A stretch of DNA of 64,000 nucleotides from Eledone cirrhosa (Eukaryota). The notes beneath the pieces were generated by a model that did no database searches, was not told the DNA's origin, and was given only the letters and a program-made list of their open reading frames with translations. Location of the stretch: the NCBI GenBank assembly GCA_964016885.1, contig OZ024746.1, positions 35,092,001 through 35,156,000 of the forward strand, written 5' to 3'. The translations under genes were made by a program, and so were the position numbers. Below, one piece after another: positions 14,571-27,487 of the stretch (the first letter of the stretch is position 1; every line of letters starts with the position of its first letter).

Positions 14571-15251
14571 TAATAATATAAATAATAATATCAAGCATAT
14601 AGAGAAATTAAGGAAATATAGAAATTACACGAAATGTTGAAGATGAAAGCAGAAATAATCCATATAATGTTAAGTGGTCTGGAAACGATAAAAATATCAT
14701 CTTGACAGAAACATAGCAAAATCCTCAAAACTCTCAAATATATACAGAATGTAGAAAATAGCACTAGTATGCCCTGCAATAGTACACGAAATTCGATAGA
14801 AACTATACCAAAAACATTATCTATACGCAAGCTAGACACAGTAATGAAGTGACGACATGGAATAGAAATTAAAGTAATCGTCATAATAAGGAGATCAAGT
14901 GAGAGAAAACCAAAGTTACGAAAGCAACAACTACGATTAAATCTCTATAACAACTGCTTTGTTCTTACCATGATATTTGTCATCATCAAATATTTGCAGT
15001 ATTAGTGCTATGTGACAGCCTCTATCTCTCATTGAAGACTAATATAATCTTAATAGTTTTATCTTGAAACCACGTACATATCTGCATACAATCATATATG
15101 TGTGCTTGCATGTATGTCTGTATGTATGTATGTATATGTTTGAGTGCACGTGCATAAACATATTCTTTGTTACTTTACTCTCAGTGAATCTTACTTTTAA
15201 CTCAAGTTTTTTCCTTAGGTATATATGTATACATATATTATATATATATAT

Positions 15252-15295
15252 GAGATTCTACAGTGATTACCTCCGATTCAACCCGGAATAACTTA

Positions 15296-15296
<1 letters not shown>
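15252..15296 (+). mobile_element. Tiny fragment of the terminus of the PLE family at 40.3-47.5 kb
   Basis: gattacctccgattcaacccggaataac matches the reverse complement of ~40263-40290; gagattctacag matches 40344-40355. Confidence 0.7.
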
Positions 15297-15320
<24 letters not shown>

Positions 15321-15329
<9 letters not shown>

Positions 15330-18052
15330 AATATAGACATAGAATATTCGAAAATATTCTGTATGTTTATAATAAACATTTTGAAGACCTAATCGCTATA
15401 GAATAGAATACGTCACGTATTACAATTAGATTCTCGATAAAAGCAAGGGAAGTAATCTACGCGTTTCATTCTCGTTAGAAATCATCAGGACTACATATCC
15501 AGTGCTTTTATCGAGAATGACACAGCTAGAGACTTATAGAATACTTAGCTGTGTACAGGAACTGGTTTGAAAGAGCGGTTGCCGGTCCGGCAGAAATTAG
15601 AAATTGGAATAAATGCTCTGAAATAGCGATATATATGTGAATATAGACATAGAATATTCGAAAATATTCTGTATGTTTATAATAAACATTTTGAAGACCT
15701 AATCGCTATAGAATAGAATACGTCACGTATTACAATTAGATTCTCGATAAAAGCAAGGGAAGTAATCTACGCGTTTCATTCTCGTTAGAAATCATCAGGA
15801 CTACATATCCAGTGCTTTTATCGAGAATGACACAGCTAGAGACTTATAGAATACTTAGCTGTGTACAGGAACTGGTTTGAAAGAGCGGTTGCCGGTCCGG
15901 CAGAAATTAGAAATTGGAATAAATGCTCTGAAATAGCGATATATATGTGAATATAGACATAGAATATTCGAAAATATTCTGTATGTTTATAATAAACATT
16001 TTGAAGACCTAATCGCTATAGAATAGAATACGTCACGTATTACAATTAGATTCTCGATAAAAGCAAGGGAAGTAATCTACGCGTTTCATTCTCGTTAGAA
16101 ATCATCAGGACTACATATCCAGTGCTTTTATCGAGAATGACACAGCTAGAGACTTATAGAATACTTAGCTGTGTACAGGAACTGGTTTGAAAGAGCGGTT
16201 GCCGGTCCGGCAGAAATTAGAAATTGGAATAAATGCTCTGAAATAGCGATATATATGTGAATATAGACATAGAATATTCGAAAATATTCTGTATGTTTAT
16301 AATAAACATTTTGAAGACCTAATCGCTATAGAATAGAATACGTCACGTATTACAATTAGATTCTCGATAAAAGCAAGGGAAGTAATCTACGCGTTTCATT
16401 CTCGTTAGAAATCATCAGGACTACATATCCAGTGCTTTTATCGAGAATGACACAGCTAGAGACTTATAGAATACTTAGCTGTGTACAGGAACTGGTTTGA
16501 AAGAGCGGTTGCCGGTCCGGCAGAAATTAGAAATTGGAATAAATGCTCTGAAATAGCGATATATATGTGAATATAGACATAGAATATTCGAAAATATTCT
16601 GTATGTTTATAATAAACATTTTGAAGACCTAATCGCTATAGAATAGAATACGTCACGTATTACAATTAGATTCTCGATAAAAGCAAGGGAAGTAATCTAC
16701 GCGTTTCATTCTCGTTAGAAATCATCAGGACTACATATCCAGTGCTTTTATCGAGAATGACACAGCTAGAGACTTATAGAATACTTAGCTGTGTACAGGA
16801 ACTGGTTTGAAAGAGCGGTTGCCGGTCCGGCAGAAATTAGAAATTGGAATAAATGCTCTGAAATAGCGATATATATGTGAATATAGACATAGAATATTCG
16901 AAAATATTCTGTATGTTTATAATAAACATTTTGAAGACCTAATCGCTATAGAATAGAATACGTCACGTATTACAATTAGATTCTCGATAAAAGCAAGGGA
17001 AGTAATCTACGCGTTTCATTCTCGTTAGAAATCATCAGGACTACATATCCAGTGCTTTTATCGAGAATGACACAGCTAGAGACTTATAGAATACTTAGCT
17101 GTGTACAGGAACTGGTTTGAAAGAGCGGTTGCCGGTCCGGCAGAAATTAGAAATTGGAATAAATGCTCTGAAATAGCGATATATATGTGAATATAGACAT
17201 AGAATATTCGAAAATATTCTGTATGTTTATAATAAACATTTTGAAGACCTAATCGCTATAGAATAGAATACGTCACGTATTACAATTAGATTCTCGATAA
17301 AAGCAAGGGAAGTAATCTACGCGTTTCATTCTCGTTAGAAATCATCAGGACTACATATCCAGTGCTTTTATCGAGAATGACACAGCTAGAGACTTATAGA
17401 ATACTTAGCTGTGTACAGGAACTGGTTTGAAAGAGCGGTTGCCGGTCCGGCAGAAATTAGAAATTGGAATAAATGCTCTGAAATAGCGATATATATGTGA
17501 ATATAGACATAGAATATTCGAAAATATTCTGTATGTTTATAATAAACATTTTGAAGACCTAATCGCTATAGAATAGAATACGTCACGTATTACAATTAGA
17601 TTCTCGATAAAAGCAAGGGAAGTAATCTACGCGTTTCATTCTCGTTAGAAATCATCAGGACTACATATCCAGTGCTTTTATCGAGAATGACACAGCTAGA
17701 GACTTATAGAATACTTAGCTGTGTACAGGAACTGGTTTGAAAGAGCGGTTGCCGGTCCGGCAGAAATTAGAAATTGGAATAAATGCTCTGAAATAGCGAT
17801 ATATATGTGAATATAGACATAGAATATTCGAAAATATTCTGTATGTTTATAATAAACATTTTGAAGACCTAATCGCTATAGAATAGAATACGTCACGTAT
17901 TACAATTAGATTCTCGATAAAAGCAAGGGAAGTAATCTACGCGTTTCATTCTCGTTAGAAATCATCAGGACTACATATCCAGTGCTTTTATCGAGAATGA
18001 CACAGCTAGAGACTTATAGAATACTTAGCTGTGTACAGGAACTGGTTTGAAA
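15321..18052 (-). mobile_element. Retrozyme-like 310-bp tandem array, left arm (~8.8 units, 9 HHRs on the minus strand)
   Basis: Units start at 15321, 15631, 15941, 16251, 16561, 16871, 17181, 17491, 17801; no differences seen by eye; first HHR at 15452-15494. Confidence 0.92.
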
Positions 18053-20456
18053 TCTCTAGCTGTGTCATTCTCGATAAAAGCACTGGATATGTAGTCCTGA
18101 TGATTTCTAACGAGAATGAAACGCGTAGATTACTTCCCTTGCTTTTATCGAGAATCTAATTGTAATACGTGACGTATTCTATTCTATAGCGATTAGGTCT
18201 TCAAAATGTTTATTATAAACATACAGAATATTTTCGAATATTCTATGTCTATATTCACATATATATCGCTATTTCAGAGCATTTATTCCAATTTCTAATT
18301 TCTGCCGGACCGGCAACCGCTCTTTCAAACCAGTTCCTGTACACAGCTAAGTATTCTATAAGTCTCTAGCTGTGTCATTCTCGATAAAAGCACTGGATAT
18401 GTAGTCCTGATGATTTCTAACGAGAATGAAACGCGTAGATTACTTCCCTTGCTTTTATCGAGAATCTAATTGTAATACGTGACGTATTCTATTCTATAGC
18501 GATTAGGTCTTCAAAATGTTTATTATAAACATACAGAATATTTTCGAATATTCTATGTCTATATTCACATATATATCGCTATTTCAGAGCATTTATTCCA
18601 ATTTCTAATTTCTGCCGGACCGGCAACCGCTCTTTCAAACCAGTTCCTGTACACAGCTAAGTATTCTATAAGTCTCTAGCTGTGTCATTCTCGATAAAAG
18701 CACTGGATATGTAGTCCTGATGATTTCTAACGAGAATGAAACGCGTAGATTACTTCCCTTGCTTTTATCGAGAATCTAATTGTAATACGTGACGTATTCT
18801 ATTCTATAGCGATTAGGTCTTCAAAATGTTTATTATAAACATACAGAATATTTTCGAATATTCTATGTCTATATTCACATATATATCGCTATTTCAGAGC
18901 ATTTATTCCAATTTCTAATTTCTGCCGGACCGGCAACCGCTCTTTCAAACCAGTTCCTGTACACAGCTAAGTATTCTATAAGTCTCTAGCTGTGTCATTC
19001 TCGATAAAAGCACTGGATATGTAGTCCTGATGATTTCTAACGAGAATGAAACGCGTAGATTACTTCCCTTGCTTTTATCGAGAATCTAATTGTAATACGT
19101 GACGTATTCTATTCTATAGCGATTAGGTCTTCAAAATGTTTATTATAAACATACAGAATATTTTCGAATATTCTATGTCTATATTCACATATATATCGCT
19201 ATTTCAGAGCATTTATTCCAATTTCTAATTTCTGCCGGACCGGCAACCGCTCTTTCAAACCAGTTCCTGTACACAGCTAAGTATTCTATAAGTCTCTAGC
19301 TGTGTCATTCTCGATAAAAGCACTGGATATGTAGTCCTGATGATTTCTAACGAGAATGAAACGCGTAGATTACTTCCCTTGCTTTTATCGAGAATCTAAT
19401 TGTAATACGTGACGTATTCTATTCTATAGCGATTAGGTCTTCAAAATGTTTATTATAAACATACAGAATATTTTCGAATATTCTATGTCTATATTCACAT
19501 ATATATCGCTATTTCAGAGCATTTATTCCAATTTCTAATTTCTGCCGGACCGGCAACCGCTCTTTCAAACCAGTTCCTGTACACAGCTAAGTATTCTATA
19601 AGTCTCTAGCTGTGTCATTCTCGATAAAAGCACTGGATATGTAGTCCTGATGATTTCTAACGAGAATGAAACGCGTAGATTACTTCCCTTGCTTTTATCG
19701 AGAATCTAATTGTAATACGTGACGTATTCTATTCTATAGCGATTAGGTCTTCAAAATGTTTATTATAAACATACAGAATATTTTCGAATATTCTATGTCT
19801 ATATTCACATATATATCGCTATTTCAGAGCATTTATTCCAATTTCTAATTTCTGCCGGACCGGCAACCGCTCTTTCAAACCAGTTCCTGTACACAGCTAA
19901 GTATTCTATAAGTCTCTAGCTGTGTCATTCTCGATAAAAGCACTGGATATGTAGTCCTGATGATTTCTAACGAGAATGAAACGCGTAGATTACTTCCCTT
20001 GCTTTTATCGAGAATCTAATTGTAATACGTGACGTATTCTATTCTATAGCGATTAGGTCTTCAAAATGTTTATTATAAACATACAGAATATTTTCGAATA
20101 TTCTATGTCTATATTCACATATATATCGCTATTTCAGAGCATTTATTCCAATTTCTAATTTCTGCCGGACCGGCAACCGCTCTTTCAAACCAGTTCCTGT
20201 ACACAGCTAAGTATTCTATAAGTCTCTAGCTGTGTCATTCTCGATAAAAGCACTGGATATGTAGTCCTGATGATTTCTAACGAGAATGAAACGCGTAGAT
20301 TACTTCCCTTGCTTTTATCGAGAATCTAATTGTAATACGTGACGTATTCTATTCTATAGCGATTAGGTCTTCAAAATGTTTATTATAAACATACAGAATA
20401 TTTTCGAATATTCTATGTCTATATTCACATATATATCGCTATTTCAGAGCATTTAT

Positions 20457-20461
<5 letters not shown>
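18053..20461 (+). mobile_element. Retrozyme-like 310-bp tandem array, right inverted arm (~7.8 units, 8 HHRs on the plus strand)
   Basis: Reverse complement of the left-arm unit; period 310 (18053, 18363 ... 20223); ends at a (TA)n tract. Confidence 0.92.
18091..18133 (+). ncRNA. Minimal type I hammerhead ribozyme (one of 17 copies)
   Basis: gtagtc-CTGATGA-tttctaacgagaat-GAAA-cgcg-TA-gattac; GUA cleavage triplet ends at 18127; palindromic helix III; helix I extended by a 16-bp stem 18067-18082/18140-18155. Confidence 0.92.
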
Positions 20462-20509
<48 letters not shown>

Positions 20510-20568
20510 TATATATATATAAATATATATATATAGAAGTGGTTACACAACAGTTAGTTCACCAGACG

Positions 20569-20604
20569 GAGAACAATTGTTTCACCTTAGCGGATCCTCA
20601 GCTC
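20569..20604 (-). ncRNA. Minimal hammerhead ribozyme in a PLE terminal-repeat fragment (20535-20630)
   Basis: gag-CTGAGGA-tccgctaaggt-GAAA-caattg-TT-ctc; short helices; same family as 2473-2712. Confidence 0.6.
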
Positions 20605-20824
20605 GTACATCTTACGCTATAGACTACGTTTCTAATTTTACAGTTTATCCGAGGGTGTACTTTACATATATTACATTTCCTATTAGTACAGTGGCTTTTG
20701 GTGATCAGGGATTTTATAGTGGTTCTAAACATTGGCAGAATTATGGCAGAACATTTGCAGAATAATAGCGGAAACCAGTGGGCTTAGTTGTAGCTACTCG
20801 CTCCGTTGTGATGATTGAGAATTA

Positions 20825-23296
20825 TGGCTCCTGTGACAATATGTTACATCCTTTTCCCCAAACAAAATACCAACAAAGGGGGATGTTCTAAGATATTTCT
20901 TCTACCTGAAACATGGTCCTATGAAACACGAAAGGTGCTATTGCGGATAGGCTTGTGATGGAAGTAGTTAGTCAGTGGGAAAAAGCTGGTGTGGCGACTC
21001 AACAAAAAGAAAATGTGAAACTGAAAATTATGAACATGTACAGTAAATACAGAAATTTACAAAAGAAAACAAAGTTTCTACGTCAAACAAAGAAAAGGAA
21101 GCACTATTTATTTCTGAATTGGATTCGTATTTCTACATTGCACATACTGATGCTGAAAAGAAAATTTTGAAAGACCGTTTTCGTAATAATTGTTTCTACT
21201 TTTGGCACAAGGCCAGCAATTACCCAGTACATTACTACTACTTTATTTTATCGACCCCGTAAGGATGAAAGGCAAAGTTAACCTCGGCGGGATTTGAACT
21301 CAGACCGTAAAGCATGGCGTCCGACCCTCTACTGATACTGACAGACCGTCTTCGTAATAATGAATAGAAAATGGAAGATGCTACATTTCCCGAATACCTG
21401 CGTTGCCAGAAAAAGGTATCTCTGGGTGTTGAAGACAAGGGTTACCAGAAAAAAGTATCTCTGGGTGCTGAAGACAAGGGTTACCAGAAAAAGATATCTT
21501 CAAAGTTTAAGCGTGATCCGGTTTCTGTGGCTTGTCGAGAGTCAGAGAACCATAGAAAGCGTTTGCCAGGATCTGTAGCAGCACAACTTCCACGTAATGA
21601 ACTGAGTGATTCAGGTACAACCAATGTTGAAACTGAAGATGGCCTCAAACCCACCCAGAGACAGCTCAAAGTCAGACAAGAAACGAAAATTCCAGCTGGA
21701 ACTCCCAAAGAATCCAATTCAAAGTCCAAAACTTTCTCTAATTAGTGATCATTTAAACCTGACACTGGGCCAGAGAATAGCATTTATGGCATCGATTATT
21801 TCTGATGGTGGGACTGATATAGACACCACAACTCTTTCCAAGAATAGTAGCAGACGTGCAGCTAAGAAGATCGGAACTGTGGGGTCTGAACACATAAAGG
21901 AACAATTTGCTGTACCAGACTTTGTTACCTTGCATTGGGATCGCAAAATAATTCCTGGTGACCACGAGAGGATAGGTGTGCTAGTTACTGGAACTCCGGA
22001 CTTCAGAGAAGGTAAACTCCTCGGTGTTTCCATAATTCCTGATGCCACTGGAACCACCCAAGCCAAAGCATCATTTGATCTTGTTAAAGATTGGAATGTT
22101 GATGGGTCTGTGGTGGGCTTGATCTTCGACACAACTGCTTCGAATTATGGATGGAAAAATGGTGGCTGCGTGAAACTAGAAGAGATGCTCAACAAAAACG
22201 TGTTTTATTTTGCTTGTCGGTTTTATTTTGCTTGTCGGATACGTGGAGCGTATCTTGTGTGCAGTGTGGCAACAACTATTTGGAGCAATGTCCAGTCCAG
22301 ACACCCCAGAGTTCAAGGAGTTCAAAAAAGATTGGGTGTCACTCACGTACAAGACCAACTTTAAAATATTGAACATTGTCGACCGGAGACTCAAGCATCT
22401 GTGTTCTGACAACATCAAGTTCCTCCAAGATTTGCTGACATCTGACGATTGGAAAATGAGTTTTCTTCCACGGGACGACTACCGAGGATGTGCCGAGTTG
22501 ATGTTGATTTTGCTTGGTGTCACCCCTCCTCGTGAAATTCATTGGATGCTGCCTGGTCCACATCATAACGCTCGGTGGATAGCCACAATCATCTATAGTG
22601 CAAAGATGTATGCATTTGGTGAGCGACTCAATTACGATCTAGCTAAAAATGGAAATGTTGCGCCGGATCTGTATGCTCAATGCTCTGTTCTACGTGCGAT
22701 ACTAGCTGACAGCAGTCAAGTGTGATGATGCACCATCCAATGACATTCAATACTACGTGCTGTTGACACAGTACAGTAAGGTTGACAGAGATCTCTCGCA
22801 GGTATCCACTACTGCTCTGAGCAGGCATCTTTCGTACCTGACGGAGGAAGCCATTCCGCTGGCGCTGTTTTCAAGTCGGATCGAAGAGTCCGAGAAGAAA
22901 CAAATAGCCCAACATCTTGTCTAAATGAAAACGTCTGGGCCTCTCGACCGTGGTGCTCCAATATTTCCCGAGTTGAAGTCGTCCACGAAGCTGCCTCATC
23001 TAGTTGGGAAGAAATCAAGGCTTTTGTTCGATGTCCTTTGTCTCGACGATACTTGGCTTGAGCAGTCACCTTCAACTTGTTCATCACAAGCGTCATATCA
23101 AAATGCCTGTGCTGTTGTTCACAATATCAAGGTAGTCAACGATCTGGCGGAGAGAGCAGTCAAGTTGATAACTGATTTTGTTGCCATCACCAAGAATGAG
23201 GAGGAGAAGCAGTGTGTTCTTCAAGTAGTCGAAGCTCATCGTCGCAAGGTTCTGGATTTCCAAAAAGAAACTCTGAAAAAGTATGACTGGAGTTAA
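20825..23296 (+). mobile_element. Decayed DNA-transposon transposase, hAT superfamily (hATm-like)
   Basis: Frameshifted ORFs 21606-22364, 22210-22725, 22925-23296 with LHWD(R)K, KLLGV, FDTTASN, ACR, PRDDYR, PGPHHNARW, VVNDLAERAVKL; interrupted by a SINE and by short tandem duplications (~21406-21490, ~22202-22238). Subgroup assignment is from memory of motifs; TIRs not identified. Confidence 0.75.
21188..21342 (-). mobile_element. tRNA-derived SINE inserted in the transposase, with ~19-bp TSD
   Basis: Reverse complement of the 13541 family; agaccgt(t/c)ttcgtaataat on both sides (~21172-21190 and ~21343-21361). Confidence 0.85.
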
Positions 23297-25149
23297 CTTA
23301 ACTGAACTTGTTTCTTCCTTGTACACCTTTATATTCAAAGCTGGTTTACTAAATATAATGGATTGATAAAAAAACAATTATTGTATGGTCATATTTGGTT
23401 TCACATTTTCATGATTTCATGCAACATAATCACACTTTCCACTATAATCACCATGATATAGTTAAGACTCATAATCATTTATTTTATACAAAATATGTTT
23501 TATTTTACCAATTGGGGCATTTCTAACGGGAAAATACACAGGGAGCGTTAGTATTGTGACCTTGTTTTTTATGGCACACTGTATATGCACACTGTATGGC
23601 ACACTTTATATATGTATAAATATATATATATATATATGAGAGAGTGTGTGTGAAATGTTTCAATGTACTCATACATATACATAAACACACATTATATGCG
23701 TCATAGTATCGGCATATGTCTGCACCTATTCGTACGGCTTTTGAGAGATTAGCTTTAAAAGTGAAAGTAGAATCTGTATCATGGTGTATTTGTTATAATC
23801 CGGTTAATTATAGTGAGCTTGAAAAGATTTTAACATCCGTTTTAGTTTTCATTTTGGCAGAGAAATATGAGAAAAGCTTTTGGTGTCTTAGATTGATGTA
23901 TGCAGTTTTCCCATCTCTATTTATTTCGCAGTCTATTTGACGAGGAGGACGTGGAGTAGGTGTAGAAGGAGGTGAAGGATGAGGATGAAGAAGGGAGGAG
24001 GGAGTAAATATAAACAAGATTGTCAAGAAATAATAATTAAACTTGGAGACCTACTTCATGTAAAAGAGATGACTTGGATTTTATTAAAATTAATCAATTT
24101 AACATGTCATATTTTAAACATCCCCCGGTGATTGGGTGAGAATGTTGCATCTCTGAGAACACTGTGTGTTCGGCTCGAACAAATTGATCACTGCAATGTA
24201 TAAGCAAACGGAGTTATCTCTGTAAAATTGTTGCCACCATATATGATAAAGTAAATCAAGCATGTTACTTAATTGAAATGATACCTTTAGTGATGGCAAA
24301 AGTCATTGGCAAATGAATTAATTCTTATTAACAGTGTAGACGAGACGATACCGCATTTCTAATTAATTATAGCTAATTAAACATGAAATAGTGTAGGGAG
24401 TGAGTCTGAACTTTAGAAGGGCGATAACAACTGTGGACATTTTTGATCTCATTAAAACTCCTCAGTGGTTCATTGTCAACAGCAGATTCTATATGGCAAG
24501 AGAAATATGCAGTATTCTTTTACGAATTAATACAAAGTAGCATTATAATCTAAATATGAAGGACAATTAGCCAGTGATGCCTGATGCAGGAAGATTCAAA
24601 AATAAAGTGGGCGACAGCCAGTTTCATGTAAGCTAGGAAAGTTTAATTATTTGAATTTACACCTTTAGTGATGAGAAAATTCATTACAAATGTAACGAAT
24701 CTTGGGTCAAAAGAGCCAAGTAAGTGAAACGCGAAATTCTAATTAATTATGACCAATTAAATATGAACAGAATTTCAGAATGAACCTACTCTTTAGCTCT
24801 ATGTTGACATCTCTGAACATATTTCAGTTAAATTAGACCTCAGTCGCGAAGCACAGTCTAGCCAATACAGCAGATATTAGATCCATGAGCAGTATACTAT
24901 GTTTTTGTTAATGAACACCGAGTGACATTGGGAATTACAGGAATAGCTGTGGGTGAGGAATGGCTAGTGTTGAAATCCAGTTGAAGTCGATTCTGACTTT
25001 CATCATTCTAGAGTTGATAAAATAAAGTATCGATCAAGTAACGCTTCCATTTAATCGAGCGTGCTATCTCGTGTGTGACCTTTTGACTATGTTGGGTGTT
25101 ATGTCTTAGATACTTCTTTTTATATGCTGTTTTTATACACCCTCCAGGT

Positions 25150-25255
25150 TCAATTTTGGCAGAGTCGGCTCTCTGCTTTCTGAGTTCAAATCACACCAGA
25201 GTTAACTTTGCCTTTCATCCATTAAAGATCTATAAAAAATAGACTATTCAGTTGT
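25150..25255 (+). mobile_element. Degenerate tRNA-derived SINE (fainter relics at ~24975-25040 and ~25495-25570)
   Basis: tgagttcaaatc..gagttaactttgcctttcatcc..ataaaaaata. Confidence 0.55.
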
Positions 25256-26321
25256 GGGAATCAGGTCTCCCTGCATATCTCTTTCTCGCTACCATTCTCT
25301 CAATTTCTCTATCATTCTTTGGAAGAAATTTACTGTATTCAGACCTGGAGAGAAGCTGGGCTTTAAAACGCTTCAGAGAAAACCGTATGTCAATATGTCA
25401 CCCTTACATTTCCCCCAGGAGTTACGGGACAATATATCTAAATATAATGACGAGAAAGACAATGGAGAACTAAATAACTTCAAGTTAAATAGCTTTACCT
25501 CATGAATTCAAATCTCACCGCAGCTGAAGTCAGCTTTTTCTTTCATTTTTGTTGATAACGCAAGGACCCGATATATATCACATATAACATATATGTTCGA
25601 GAAAATCAGCAGCAGTTTGTACCAACAATATATTAGCATTGACTAAATCAACTCTACCTCATTCCTACATGTATATAGTATTTTGTGTACTGAATCCCAT
25701 AATGTGTTTCTAATATATCTGCAAAGGTTTTCATCACTGTTCTGAATAAAATATGGTACTGCTAGTTGTTTTCCCTCAGATTAAACCTGGTCTAGCTCTT
25801 TATTTAGCTGCTGTTATTATCATGTCGAACATCCAAGAATCTGATAAAAAAAACTGTCTCTTTCTTTTCTGTAATCGCTTTCCCAGATACATTACGCTTT
25901 GCTAGTAACGAGATACAAGCTGCTGACGACTTCTATACTTATCCGAAACTAATCTCAGCCCGCCCAAAACACACGGCCAAATGTGGTGCTTTTGTCAATA
26001 GAACAAATCAACATTTTACAGGTACTACTATAGAGATTTAAACAAGATTATAATCGAAATAAAGAGAAAAGCCCCCATCACATGTCTCTTACTAATTGAC
26101 TCTTCTCAATTTATGACTGAGATATATACGTTGAGGTGGTATCTTGATCTCATCAATGTCTTGCGTTTTCTTTTCTTTTTTTTCCTTTTCTCATCGTATT
26201 AGCATCTAAAATAAACTTAACCTATAAAGACTTAAAAATAAAAATAAAACCAAAGAAATATTGTTATCTAGAGATAAAGCCGATGATATATCAAACATGT
26301 GTTTAAGACGGACATAGTAGA

Positions 26322-26372
<51 letters not shown>

Positions 26373-27396
26373 GAGGGTGTACAGACACAAACAGACACAC
26401 GCATATATTATATATTTATATATATGTGTGTATGTGTGAGAGAGAGAGAGAGTGCGTGTGGGTTTGTGTGTAACAGTATGAGGATGTATGTGTGTTTGTG
26501 TGGGTGTGTGTGTGTTCTTGCGTGTGCGCATTGTGCGTGTGTGTGCGCGCATGTGTATATACTACGTCTTTCGCAGTGATATCATATGTAAATGTAGCTA
26601 TTGCTTGATTACATTGATACTTAACACTCGAATACAAAACCATCCTTATATTTTTCTCTTCTAGTTATTTACGTTAAAAATAGATCTTTGTGATATGTTA
26701 AATCTGTATCTGATGAAACTACTGATGGCCAACGACAGTAAAATAACAGTTAATGGAATTCGTAAAATATGATAGGGGTTTGGTACAACATGAAGAGGTG
26801 AGAAATCTGTCGTTTTGGCTCGTATCATTCTGATAAAGTATATACATTTACAGAGGTGTTCAAACAGGACACGGTGAGGAACCAGCTTCTACATGGTTCT
26901 ACGTCTTAAATATAGCAGTGAATTCTTCCTTATATCTCAACACACCCTCTTAGAAAATGTAGATATTGAACATTGTAGACCTTTGTACACTGTAAATGAA
27001 AAGAAGAGGTGGGATTGTCAATGAAGTATACGTTTGATCATACATCCCCTGAATTAGGGCTGCTATAAAGATAACATGCAGCTATATAGTAGGTATGGGT
27101 TTCATCATTTCTTTTCTGATTTCTTTGTAAATTGTTCTGTGCGGGTGAGGATGGATGTGTATATTTACACAAGCAAACGTTGGACTCACTCTAATATCAT
27201 TTTAGCGATAATTCAAGAAACAGCAGTTTGTTATCGTCCCATTTTCACAAAAACTTTCCACTATCTTATCCCAATAAACATAGCCCATTGTGTCGAATCA
27301 ATTGAAACACATGAAACACATATTTACATGCTTCTTCCGACAGGAACATACACAAACATATATCAACATTATAAATACAAACAGAACAATAAATAC

Positions 27397-27436
<40 letters not shown>

Positions 27437-27455
27437 GCGTGTGTGTGTGTCTGTG

Positions 27456-27487
<32 letters not shown>

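Noticed and set aside
15321-20461. CRISPR array or plain satellite
   Set aside because: No variable spacers, no cas genes, eukaryotic context; the intact HHR in each unit and the central inversion argue against simple satellite.
20640-23610. Terminal inverted repeats for the transposase (tacagt.. / ..cactgta)
   Set aside because: Only 6-7 bp match, locally duplicated at the right end, no TSD; boundaries not callable.
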